Shown: positions 48,236-57,091 of the stretch, one piece after another
How the letters are laid out: the number at the start of each line of letters is the position of its first letter
Numbering within the stretch: the first letter of the stretch is position 1
Assembly (NCBI GenBank): GCA_963663275.1
Contig: OY760183.1
Span: 1,280,001-1,344,000, forward strand
DNA: 64,000 nt
DNA from: Chloroflexota bacterium
Lineage (GTDB): Bacteria > Chloroflexota > UBA11872 > VXOZ01
Direction: 5' to 3'
Program-made: the position numbers and the translations under genes
The notes under the pieces: model-generated
The model's input: the letters and a program-made list of their open reading frames with translations, nothing else
What the model was told of the DNA's origin: nothing
Database searches by the model: none

Positions 48236-48790
48236 ATGAAGGAACGCTGGCGGGACAAGACGCGAGACGAACTGACGCTCGCTTTGAACCAACTGGGTAT
48301 CGAGGCCAAAATGGCGGAGCGTGAACGACCGGAGGAGAAGATCCAGGATAGGTGGATGAACCGGTCGTTGGGAATCATCGATCTGCCGGAGGGGCCGGTC
48401 CGCTGGATAAACTGCTTGAAACAAGACGGCTCGCAGTACAGCCCGCCGCAATGGTGGACGGTTTTCGGCATTCCGGACGAGAGGACATTCTCGGCGCAAC
48501 GGGCGGTGAAGCTCAAGACGGAGCGCAAGAAGTCGTTTCCGCTGTTTGGCAAGGTGGTGGACGTGACGTGGCAAGGCGAGGATTATGCCTCACGGTTGCT
48601 CAGCGCGTTCGCCAACGATCCGGTGGTGAAGTCCTTTGTCAAGAACACCGGCGACGTGGAGATCGAAAGCCGCACCGAGGGCATTCAGGGCTGGATCGTA
48701 CAGGTGAACGGCAAGCTAAAGGCCACGCGGCAGGATTGGGACGTGGTGCTGCGCATCGCCGACCGCCTGCTGACGTGTCCGCAACCCTAG
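48236..48790 (+). CDS. Hypothetical protein
   Basis: 184-aa ORF with normal codon bias, 23 nt after the SPFH gene; no recognised motif. Confidence 0.7.
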   Translation: MKERWRDKTRDELTLALNQLGIEAKMAERERPEEKIQDRWMNRSLGIIDLPEGPVRWINCLKQDGSQYSPPQWWTVFGIPDERTFSAQRAVKLKTERKKSFPLFGKVVDVTWQGEDYASRLLSAFANDPVVKSFVKNTGDVEIESRTEGIQGWIVQVNGKLKATRQDWDVVLRIADRLLTCPQP

Positions 48791-48791
48791 C

Positions 48792-49025
48792 GGTTCGCTG
48801 TCTGGTTATACGTGGTTCGACGTCTGTCATTTGCCGTTCGACGTTTGTTGTTAGCGGTTCGATGCCTTTCATTGCTGGTTCGATGTCCGTCATTCCGGTG
48901 AAAACCGGAATCCATCTTTGCCGCGCAACCTGGATTCCGGCTTCCGCCGGAATGACAGAGAATGCCAGCATGACGGGCAATACCGGAATGCCAAGGGTGC
49001 CGGCATGACAGGCAACACCGGCCTG
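48792..49025. repeat. GTCATTCCGG-type REP doublet with decaying tandem arm repeats on both sides
   Basis: 21-bp period (GGTTCGA.G....TCATT) upstream of about 48889; 18-bp period (GG.ATGAC...AA..CC) downstream of about 48950. Confidence 0.75.
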
Positions 49026-49086
49026 GCAGGGCAGGGTTGGGTCGCCCTGGGGGGGAATCCGGCGCGCGTTGCGTCAGCGTACAGGG

Positions 49087-50220
49087 CTACCAATCCGTCA
49101 CCGAGCCGTCCTCCCGGCGCAAGCGGGCGTGTTCCCAGTACTGATACGGGCTTTCCTGCGCCGCCGCGGCGTTGAACGCAATGCCGATGCCGGGTACGTC
49201 GGCGGGCATGAGGTGTCCCGCCTCCACGCGGCATTGGGTGGGGAAGATGTCCGTCATGGCCGGCGGCACCATGGAGAGTTCCTGGATGCCGAAGTTGGGA
49301 ATGCACATGTCCAGTTGCACGCTGGCGGCGGTGTTCACCGGCCCCAGCGGATTGTGCAGCGCCGTGTCGATGTAGTGCGTCTCGCACATGGCGGCAATCT
49401 TCTTGCCCTCAGTAATGCCGCCGACCAATCCCAGGTCGGCGCGGGCGTAGTCGATCCACTCGTTCTCGATCAGTTCCCGGAATTGCCATTTGGTGAGCAG
49501 TTGCTCGCCGGTGGCGATGGGGACGCTGGTGTGGTGGCGCAGGTTGGCGAACGACTGGGGGTTCTCCGAGCGGATCGGGTCTTCGATGAAGAACGGGCGC
49601 AGCGGCTCGAGGCGTTTACATAACTGGATAGCCCACGTCGGGTTGAGGCGGGTGTGCACGTCGAGGGCGATTTCGATTTCATGCCCCACGGTGTCGCGCA
49701 CCGCTTGAAAGGCCTCTACCGTGTCGCACACCGCCCGCGCCGGTTCCAGGATGTCGTCCTGATCGGTCGGCAGCCCGAAGCGCACCACCTCGAAGCCTTC
49801 ATCCACCCGCGCCTTGGCGGCCTGCGCGAACGTCTCCGGGCTGTCGCCGCCAAAATGCGCGTAGCAGCGGACTTTGTCGCGGGTCTTGCCGCCCAGCAGT
49901 TGGTAGGTTGGGACTTCCAGCGCCTTGCCGAGGAGGTCCCACAGCGCGATGTCGAGGGCAGATATCGTCGCCGTGAGCACCGGGCCGGCGCGCCAGAAGT
50001 TGCCGCGAAAGTGGTCCTGCCAGATGTGCTCGATGCGGAAAGCATCTTGTCCGAGGAGCAGCGGTTTGTAGTGGTCCACAGCCGCCGCGACCGCCAAGTC
50101 CTTGCCCGAACACCCGGATTCGCCAATGCCGTAGAGACCGTTCTCCGCGGTGACGGTGACAAAGGTGTAGTTGCGCGCACCGTTGTTTACGGTGTGGGTC
50201 TGTACGTCGCTGATCTTCAT
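49087..50220 (-). CDS. Mandelate racemase-subgroup acid-sugar dehydratase (galactonate dehydratase-like)
   Basis: ISALDIALWDLLGK, YQLLGG, ALDVH, FIEDP, ATGEQ, GGITE, LHNPLGP, REDGSVTDW. Confidence 0.9.
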   Translation of the reverse strand: MKISDVQTHTVNNGARNYTFVTVTAENGLYGIGESGCSGKDLAVAAAVDHYKPLLLGQDAFRIEHIWQDHFRGNFWRAGPVLTATISALDIALWDLLGKALEVPTYQLLGGKTRDKVRCYAHFGGDSPETFAQAAKARVDEGFEVVRFGLPTDQDDILEPARAVCDTVEAFQAVRDTVGHEIEIALDVHTRLNPTWAIQLCKRLEPLRPFFIEDPIRSENPQSFANLRHHTSVPIATGEQLLTKWQFRELIENEWIDYARADLGLVGGITEGKKIAAMCETHYIDTALHNPLGPVNTAASVQLDMCIPNFGIQELSMVPPAMTDIFPTQCRVEAGHLMPADVPGIGIAFNAAAAQESPYQYWEHARLRREDGSVTDW

Positions 50221-50478
50221 GGGTTGCCCTCCGGCATTGGCTAGGCCGCGCAAGGAAGTCGCGCGGCCGCGGTTACAGGCGCAATCCGGCGCCAAGATGC
50301 GGGGGACAAGCCCCCGCGCTACGGTTTGGTTAGACGGTAGCACAGACGTGTGAATTGCGCCCGTCGGTAGGGGCAACCCTTGTGGTTGCCGGCGCGGTCG
50401 TTGCCGTAGCCATTGGTCAACCACGAGGGTTGCCCCTACGGTGGAAATGGGCAGGGACGAGGGTTGCCCATTCCGGTG

Positions 50479-51642
50479 TTAGGACAGTTTTCGCAGCCGT
50501 TCGAGGGCTTCCGCCAATTTCTCGCGGCTGGTGGCGTAGGACATGCGCAGGTGGCCGTCGGCGAGGAACGACGAGCCCGGCACGGCGGCCACGTGGGCTT
50601 CTTCCAGCAGACGATCGGCCACCGCCATGTCCTCTTCGTCGCCCTTGACGTGCGGAAAAGCGTAGAACGCGCCGCCGGGCATGGCGCACGAATAGCCCGC
50701 ACTGCGCAGCCCATCAACCAGCAGCGCCCGCCGCTCGCGAAACTCGGCCACCATCTCCCGCACGCAGTCCTGCGGCCCGGTAAGCGCGGCGATGGCGGCC
50801 TTTTGCGCGGCGGACGTAGGGTTGCTGGTTAGTTGCGTCATAAGATCGTTGATAGCCTTGATCACCGGCTCCGGCCCGGCCACGTAGCCCAGCCGCCAGC
50901 CGGTCATGGCATAGGTTTTCGAGACGGTGTTCACCGTAATCACGCGCGCCTTCTCGTTCGGCCCCATCGAGGCGGGCGAGAGGTGTTCGGAATCGCCGTA
51001 GATGAAGTGCTCGTAGGTTTCGTCGGCGATCAGGTAGATACCGCGCTCCACGCAAGCCTGCGCCAGTGTGCGGATTTCCGCCGGCGGGGCGACCTCGCCG
51101 GTGGGATTGCAGGGCGAATTGAGCAGAATGGCGCGGGTATTGCTGGTAATGCGCTCCAGCAGCGGGGCGGCCGTAATCGTGAACGGCGAGGCCAGCGGCA
51201 CGGTGACGGGTGTGCCCTGCGCCAGCTTGATTTGCTCCAGGAACGTCGGCCAGGTGGGGGCGTGGACGATGACCTCGTCGCCCGGGTTGCAGATGGCCAG
51301 AAAGACGTTGCAGACCGCCTGCTTGCCGCCGACGCAGGCCACCACCTCGTTCGGGCTGTAGTCTACGCCGTTCTCGCGGGTGAGCTTCTCCGCGATGGCC
51401 TCTTTCAGTTCGGGGATGCCGCCGGCCGGCGTGTACTTGTTGAAGCCGTCTTGAATCGCGCCGATGGCAGCCGCTTTGATGTGTTCCGGCGTATCGAAGT
51501 CCGGCTCGCCCACGGAGAGATTGATCACGTCGATGCCGGCGCGCACCATGGCTTTGGCCTTGGCGTCCATGGCCATGGTGGGGGAAGGGGTCAACGCCAG
51601 AATGCGGTCGGCTACGGCCTGCGCGGTGCTAGAAGATGCCAC
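50479..51642 (-). CDS. PLP-dependent aspartate aminotransferase (class I/II)
   Basis: LSVGEPDFDTP, LNSPCNPTG, ADETY, SKTYAMTGWRLGY, GAFY, LRMSYA. Confidence 0.95.
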   Translation of the reverse strand: MASSSTAQAVADRILALTPSPTMAMDAKAKAMVRAGIDVINLSVGEPDFDTPEHIKAAAIGAIQDGFNKYTPAGGIPELKEAIAEKLTRENGVDYSPNEVVACVGGKQAVCNVFLAICNPGDEVIVHAPTWPTFLEQIKLAQGTPVTVPLASPFTITAAPLLERITSNTRAILLNSPCNPTGEVAPPAEIRTLAQACVERGIYLIADETYEHFIYGDSEHLSPASMGPNEKARVITVNTVSKTYAMTGWRLGYVAGPEPVIKAINDLMTQLTSNPTSAAQKAAIAALTGPQDCVREMVAEFRERRALLVDGLRSAGYSCAMPGGAFYAFPHVKGDEEDMAVADRLLEEAHVAAVPGSSFLADGHLRMSYATSREKLAEALERLRKLS

Positions 51643-51920
51643 GAGCGGATTGCCTCCAGGTGCTCTCGAATTGCGCGTTCGTTCTGTGGTGATTATATAA
51701 CTACGCGGTACGATTTGGGTAAAAGTGGCCGGTGGTAACGGTATTGGTGCGGCGCAGGTTGCAAACCTGCGCCGCCAGGGACGTGGAGCGCTGTCCTCTT
51801 CACCGCAATTCTCAACGCGGCTGCATGGCAGAAAGAGCCCTCACCCCGGCCCTCTCCCGCCGGGAGAGGTGGCAAGAGCGAGGCCGCGCGTATGGGGAGG
51901 CGCTCCAGTCCCCTCCCTCG

Positions 51921-52061
51921 GAGATCTTTGCATAACCCCTTCCCCATTGAGGGGGAAGGCCGGGATGGGGGTGAAAAGGCTTGACGGCAAGCAAAACAAA
52001 AGGGTAAAGGCACCTCTGGATTCCGGTTTTCACCGGAATGACAGAGTTGTGCAAAGGTCTC
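51921..52061. mobile_element. MITE family A (141 bp) with 4-bp TSD CTCG
   Basis: GAGATCTTTGCATAAC...GTTGTGCAAAGGTCTC; CTCG at 51917-51920 and 52062-52065. Confidence 0.88.
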
Positions 52062-52261
52062 CTCGGGAGGTGCTCCGGTTCCCTCTCCCTGGGGAGAGGG
52101 TTAGGGTGAGGGGGAAAAGTGTGGCGGATTGGTTTGCGTTCTCCCCTCACCCCGGCCCTCTCCCAGCGGGAGAGGGGGGCAAGAGCGGGAGCGCGAGCAC
52201 GGCTTGGCGCTCCGGTTCCTTCTTCTAGCGGAAGAGGGAACCGGTCTCGCTTGGGCGTGTG

Positions 52262-53326
52262 TTAGCGCGTGAACAGGATGTAAAGCACGTCGCCGTCTTG
52301 GACGACGTAGTCGCGGCCCTCTTGGCGCACCAGGCCGTGTTTGCGGGCGTCGGCGTAGCCGTGGTTCTCGATCAATTGCTCCCAAGGGATCACTTCCGCC
52401 CGGGCGAAGCCGCGCGCCATGTCGGTGTGGATCTTGCCGGCGGCGTCTTGCGCCCGCGTGCCGCGCGGGATGGCCCAGGCGCGCACCTCGTTTTCATTGA
52501 GGGTGAAGAAGTGGATAAGGCCCAGCAGGGCGTGGGACTCCCGCACGACCCGCGTTGCGCCCGCCTCATCGAGGCCCAGGTCAGCGCGGAAGAGCGCGGC
52601 CTCGTCCGGCGGCAGTTGGGCGATTTCCATTTCCAGTTGCGCGCTGAGGGCCAGGATGGTGGTATGCGGGTGCGGGTAGGCGGCGCGCGCCTGGGCAGCC
52701 ATCGCATCGGCTTGCGGCCACTGCGCCTCGGAGAGGTTGAGGGCCACCAGCGTGGGTTTATGCGTGAGCAGTTGGAACCCGCGAATGGCCTGCTCCTCGT
52801 CCGCGGCCAGGTTGAGCGCCCGCGCGGGAACGCCCTGTTCGAGTGCAGCCTGGATACGCTCCAAGAGGGTCTGTTCGCGTTCCAGGAGTAGCCGTTCCGC
52901 CGGCGGGGCCGTGCGCCATTGCACCGCCAGACGCTTCAGGCGGCTTTCCACGATTTGCAGGTCGGGCAGCACCAGGTCGAGATGGATGCTCTCCAGTTCG
53001 CTGGCGGGTTCCTGGGCGCCGCTGAACGCGCCGAGCACGATCAGCAGCGCGTCCACGGTGCGCAGCGTGGCTACCCAGGCGGCTTCCTGCTCCTGCCGAC
53101 CGAAACCGGCGCCGGGAAAGTCAAGGTACTGCGCCTCGGTGGGGATGCAGCGCGCCGTGTTGAACAGGAGGCAGAGCGCCTCGAGACGCGGGTCGTGAAG
53201 CTGAACGGCGGCAAGGGTCGGCTCCAGGCCGTGGGACTGGCGCCCCGGCTCCGCCGCGCCGGCGGCGAGGGCGTTGAAGACGGTGGTCTTGCCGGCAAAA
53301 GGTAATCCGATGATGCCGATTTGCAC
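52262..53326 (-). CDS. ychF: YchF-family ATPase (divergent)
   Basis: GIIGLPFAGKTTVFNAL, LGLIHFFT, EVRAW, AAGKIHTDM.RGF.RAEV, EGRDYVVQDGD. Confidence 0.85.
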   Translation of the reverse strand: MQIGIIGLPFAGKTTVFNALAAGAAEPGRQSHGLEPTLAAVQLHDPRLEALCLLFNTARCIPTEAQYLDFPGAGFGRQEQEAAWVATLRTVDALLIVLGAFSGAQEPASELESIHLDLVLPDLQIVESRLKRLAVQWRTAPPAERLLLEREQTLLERIQAALEQGVPARALNLAADEEQAIRGFQLLTHKPTLVALNLSEAQWPQADAMAAQARAAYPHPHTTILALSAQLEMEIAQLPPDEAALFRADLGLDEAGATRVVRESHALLGLIHFFTLNENEVRAWAIPRGTRAQDAAGKIHTDMARGFARAEVIPWEQLIENHGYADARKHGLVRQEGRDYVVQDGDVLYILFTR

Positions 53327-53409
53327 CGGCGCTCTCCTTCAAAACGCCTCTGCGGGCGCTTATTCAGACGGGAATTCGTCCGATGAATACATCGCTCTTT
53401 GCGGGGCGG

Positions 53410-53660
53410 CCCTTCGACTCTGCTCAAGGCGGCCCTTCGACAGGCTCAGGGCGAACGGGAGGAATTGCCCGTTTGACCCTTCGACGGTGCTCTGGGCGAA
53501 CGGCAGGCATCCGTTCGTGCTGAGCCTGTCGAAGCATGAACGGAAGGAAGCGCATTGCAAGCTGTTTCCCGGTTTCCGCGCCGTTCACCCTTCGACGCTG
53601 CTCAGGGCGAACGGGAGGAATTGCCCGTTTCACCCTTCGACGGTGCTCGGGGCGAACGGC
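53410..53660. repeat. Cluster of CCCTTCGAC(AG)GCTCAGGGCGAACGG repeats
   Basis: About five direct copies and one inverted copy (CCGTTCGTGCTGAGCCTGTCGAAG at about 53511). Confidence 0.8.
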
Positions 53661-54144
53661 GGAAATCGCCCGTTCCTATGGCAGGGCCGCGGACGCCAGG
53701 GGAGCGCGGCCGTTCTCTTACGCGGCCGCGCGGCCTGTTAGCGCGCGCCCGCAGCCCGGCGTCCGCTTCGTATTGTATGGCGCGGGCGCGCCAGGGACAA
53801 CCGAGGTTGTTCCCATGGGCTTGCTGCGCTATCATTTCTCTAGTCCGAATGGAGATTATGGCGCGGCGAGGCGGGACTGGGGTGTGCCGACGAGGATTTC
53901 CCCTCTTTCCGGGGAGACCTTTGCATAGCCGGAGAGGGAAGTGACGAAGCCCAGCGCGCACGCCTCTTATCCCCTCTCCCTGTGGGAGAGGGTTAGGGTG
54001 AGGGAAGATTTTACGGCGACTTCAAACCCAAGTCTTACGAGATGGGGTGGAACCGGCGAGGATTCCCCCTCACCCCGGCCCTCTCCCCAGGGAGAGGGAG
54101 TTTTCCGGCCACTGCTTAGAAGTTGGGTTGCCGGCCGGATTGAG

Positions 54145-54228
54145 GTTCATTGGTGGCGTTGAATGACTCGTCAGCGGCGTTGAATGGTTCGTTAGTGGCG
54201 CTTAGTTACTCGCCGATGGCGTTGCATA
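54145..54228. repeat. Degenerate 21-bp tandem repeat upstream of the hydantoinase operon
   Basis: About four units of TCG...G(T/C)GGCGTTGAATG. Confidence 0.55.
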
Positions 54229-54250
54229 AAGTGTGAATGGAGGAGTTGGC

Positions 54251-54994
54251 ATGTTTGGTTGGCGTGGACGCATTGGATTGCTGGTGCCGTCGGTGAATAC
54301 GGTGGTGGAGCCGGAGGGCTGCGCCTTGTTGCCCGAGGGGTATTCCGTTTTTGCCACCCGTATGCGCAACTCCCGCTCGGACGCCGACGACATGGCGCAG
54401 ATGTGCGCCCACGTGGATCGCGGCGTGGACGAACTGCTCAGCGCGCGGGTGGACGCGATCGCCTTTGCCTGCACGGCCGGCAGTTTCTTCGAAGGCGCGG
54501 ACGGTGAAGAGGCATTGCGCGCGCGGCTGCGCGGCGGCAGCCCGATCGAAGCCGTGACGACGGCCGGCGCGGTGGCCGGGGCCTTGCGCGCGCTGGACGC
54601 GCAGCGCGTGGCTATGGTCACGCCGTATATCCCGGAACTGAACGACCTCGAAGTAAAGTTCCTGCAAGACTGGGGTTTCGACGTGGTGAGCCAAGCCGGC
54701 ATGGGCATTCTCACGGCCTTCGACATCGGCGTGGTGCCGCTGGCGGAAACCTACCGCTTTGCCCGGGACCACGTTGCCGAAGATGCCGACGCGCTCTTCA
54801 TTAGCTGCACCAATCTCCGCACCATGGACGTGATCCAGGCGCTGGAAGAGGACCTGGGCATTCCCGTAGTGACGAGCAATCAAGCCACCTACTGGCAATG
54901 CCTGCGCGCCCTGGGTCACACGGCGGCGATTTCCGGTTACGGCCGGCTGTTCGAACTCTCACCGGCGGCGCGTCCCGTGCCCGTGACCGTCTAG
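54251..54994 (+). CDS. Maleate isomerase / arylmalonate decarboxylase (Asp/Glu racemase) family
   Basis: RIGLLVPSVNTVVEPE, catalytic Cys pair in FACTAGS and ISCTNL, VTPY, VVTSNQA. Confidence 0.92.
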   Translation: MFGWRGRIGLLVPSVNTVVEPEGCALLPEGYSVFATRMRNSRSDADDMAQMCAHVDRGVDELLSARVDAIAFACTAGSFFEGADGEEALRARLRGGSPIEAVTTAGAVAGALRALDAQRVAMVTPYIPELNDLEVKFLQDWGFDVVSQAGMGILTAFDIGVVPLAETYRFARDHVAEDADALFISCTNLRTMDVIQALEEDLGIPVVTSNQATYWQCLRALGHTAAISGYGRLFELSPAARPVPVTV

Positions 54995-55003
54995 GCGGCG
55001 CTT

Positions 55004-57091
55004 GTGGACTCAACGTTGCGCATCGGGGTGGATATTGGGGGCACGTTCACCGACCTCGTCTTCATGGACGCCCAGGGGCTGCGGGCGTGGACCAAGGTTT
55101 CGTCCACGGCTGACGACTTTGCCCAGGGCATCGTGCGGGGTCTCGACGCGCTCATCAACGAGACGAACGCCGCCAGCGCGGACATCCACGAAGTCATCCA
55201 CGCCACCACCGTGGCGACGAACGCGATTCTGGAGGGCAAGGGCGCGCCCACGGGCCTCATCACTACCGCGGGCTTTCGCGACGTGCTGGAGATCCGGCGG
55301 CTGCGCATGCCCCGCCTCTACGATTTGCGCTGGGAGCCGCCGCAACCGCTGGTGCCGCGCGCGCTGCGGCGCGAGGTTGACGAACGCATCGACACGGACG
55401 GCGGCGTGGTGCGCGAACTTGATGAGGCCAGCGTCCACGCGGCCATAGCGCGCCTGCTCGACGCGGGCGTGCAGTCGATCGCGGTCTGCCTCATCAACTC
55501 CTACCGCAATCCGGCGCATGAAGAGCGCATCGGCGCGCTGCTCCACGCGGCGGCGCCTGACGTGTTCGTTTCCCTTTCATCCCACGTCCTGCCGGAAATC
55601 CGCGAGTACGAACGCACGAGCACGACGGTGATCAATGCCTACATCGCCCCCGTGATGCGCTCGTACCTCAACCGGCTCCAGGAGTCTTTCGACGACCGGC
55701 GCATTACCGCGCCGGTGTACATGATGCAGTCCGCCGGCGGCATGATGGGCGCGGCCAAGGCGGCGGAGCAGCCGATCCACGTGATCGAGTCCGGGCCCGC
55801 CGCCGGTGTGATGGGCGCGCTCTCGCTGGCGAACGCGATGGACGTTGGCAACGCGATTACGCTCGACATGGGCGGCACCACAGCCAAGGCGTCGGTGATC
55901 GAGGACGGCCGCATCACGCGCACGAACGACTACGAGGTCGGCGGCGGCATCAGCCTCAGCGCGCGTCTGCAACGGGGCGCGGGCTACGCGCTGCGGGTGC
56001 CTGCGATTGACATTGCGGAAGTCGGCGCCGGCGGCGGCAGCATCGCGTGGATCGATCCGGCCGGCGGGCTGCGCGTGGGGCCGCACAGCGCGGGCGCGGA
56101 GCCGGGCCCGGTGTGCTACGCCCTGGGCGGCAAGGAGCCGACCCTCACCGATGCCAACGTCGCGCTGGGCTTCCTGAACCCCACGCACTTCCTGGGGGGC
56201 GAACTGCCGATCGACGCGGCCCGCGCGCGCGCCGTCTTGGAGGAGCGGCTGGGGGCGCCGCTTGGCTTGAGCGTCGAAGATGCGGCTCTCGGCATCCATC
56301 GCATCGCGGTCTCCCACATGAGCCGCGCCGTGCGGGCGGTTACGGTGGAGCGCGGACGGTCGCCCGCCGACTTCGCGCTGTTCGCCTTTGGCGGCAGCGG
56401 CCCGCTGCACGCCGCCGAAATGGCGCGGGAACTTGGCATCCGGCAGGTGGTCGTGCCGCCGTTTCCGGGGTTGTTTAGCTCGTTGGGCCTCCTGTGCGTG
56501 GACGTTGCCCAGCACGCCTCGCAGACGGTGCTGCTGCCGCTCGATGCCGTGAGCGAAACGGAAATCAACCAACACTATGAAGCCTTAGAGTCGCGGCTGG
56601 CCGGTGAGCTTGGGGTGGACGGCGACGCGCGGCGTCTTGGCGCGTGGCAGCGTTTCGCGGACTTGCGCTATCAGGGACAGTCCTTCGAACTCACCGTTCC
56701 CTTCCAGGAGTCGAAGCCGGCGGTGATGCGGGAGGCGTTCGAGCGCGAACACGAGCGTACCTACGGACACAAAGCGCCGGACGATCCGGTGGAACTCGTC
56801 AACCTGCGGGTTGAGGTCACGCTGCCGCGTGAAGGCGCGCACCGGTGGGGCAGCGCCGGGGCCGGCAGGGAATTGGTGGACGGCCCGCAGGAGCGGCCCG
56901 CGTACTTTGGCGGCGCGGTTGGCGAACGGAGTGTGCCGTTGCTCGCCCGCCGCGAACTGGATTCAAGAGCGCGGCCCGGCCCGTTGATTGTGGAAGAGTA
57001 TGACACGACCATCCTCGTGCCGCCGCAGTGCACGGTGCGGCGGGACGATTGGGACAACGTGGTGATCGCCGTAGGGGAGGCGCAGTCGTGA
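55004..57091 (+). CDS. Hydantoinase A / oxoprolinase family (ATP-binding subunit)
   Basis: GVDIGGTFTD, HATTVATNA, IESGPAAG, DMGGTT, GAGGGSIA, SAGAEPGP, FGGSGPLH. Confidence 0.94.
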   Translation: MDSTLRIGVDIGGTFTDLVFMDAQGLRAWTKVSSTADDFAQGIVRGLDALINETNAASADIHEVIHATTVATNAILEGKGAPTGLITTAGFRDVLEIRRLRMPRLYDLRWEPPQPLVPRALRREVDERIDTDGGVVRELDEASVHAAIARLLDAGVQSIAVCLINSYRNPAHEERIGALLHAAAPDVFVSLSSHVLPEIREYERTSTTVINAYIAPVMRSYLNRLQESFDDRRITAPVYMMQSAGGMMGAAKAAEQPIHVIESGPAAGVMGALSLANAMDVGNAITLDMGGTTAKASVIEDGRITRTNDYEVGGGISLSARLQRGAGYALRVPAIDIAEVGAGGGSIAWIDPAGGLRVGPHSAGAEPGPVCYALGGKEPTLTDANVALGFLNPTHFLGGELPIDAARARAVLEERLGAPLGLSVEDAALGIHRIAVSHMSRAVRAVTVERGRSPADFALFAFGGSGPLHAAEMARELGIRQVVVPPFPGLFSSLGLLCVDVAQHASQTVLLPLDAVSETEINQHYEALESRLAGELGVDGDARRLGAWQRFADLRYQGQSFELTVPFQESKPAVMREAFEREHERTYGHKAPDDPVELVNLRVEVTLPREGAHRWGSAGAGRELVDGPQERPAYFGGAVGERSVPLLARRELDSRARPGPLIVEEYDTTILVPPQCTVRRDDWDNVVIAVGEAQS

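Noticed and set aside
53274-53961. Short ORFs in the ychF upstream region (also those at 2973-3335, 7691-8444, 51693-52228, 60581-61439)
   Set aside because: They are translations of repeat families (PFDRLRANG, VIPAKAGI, VARGLVPR, PSPRPSP) with no independent coding evidence
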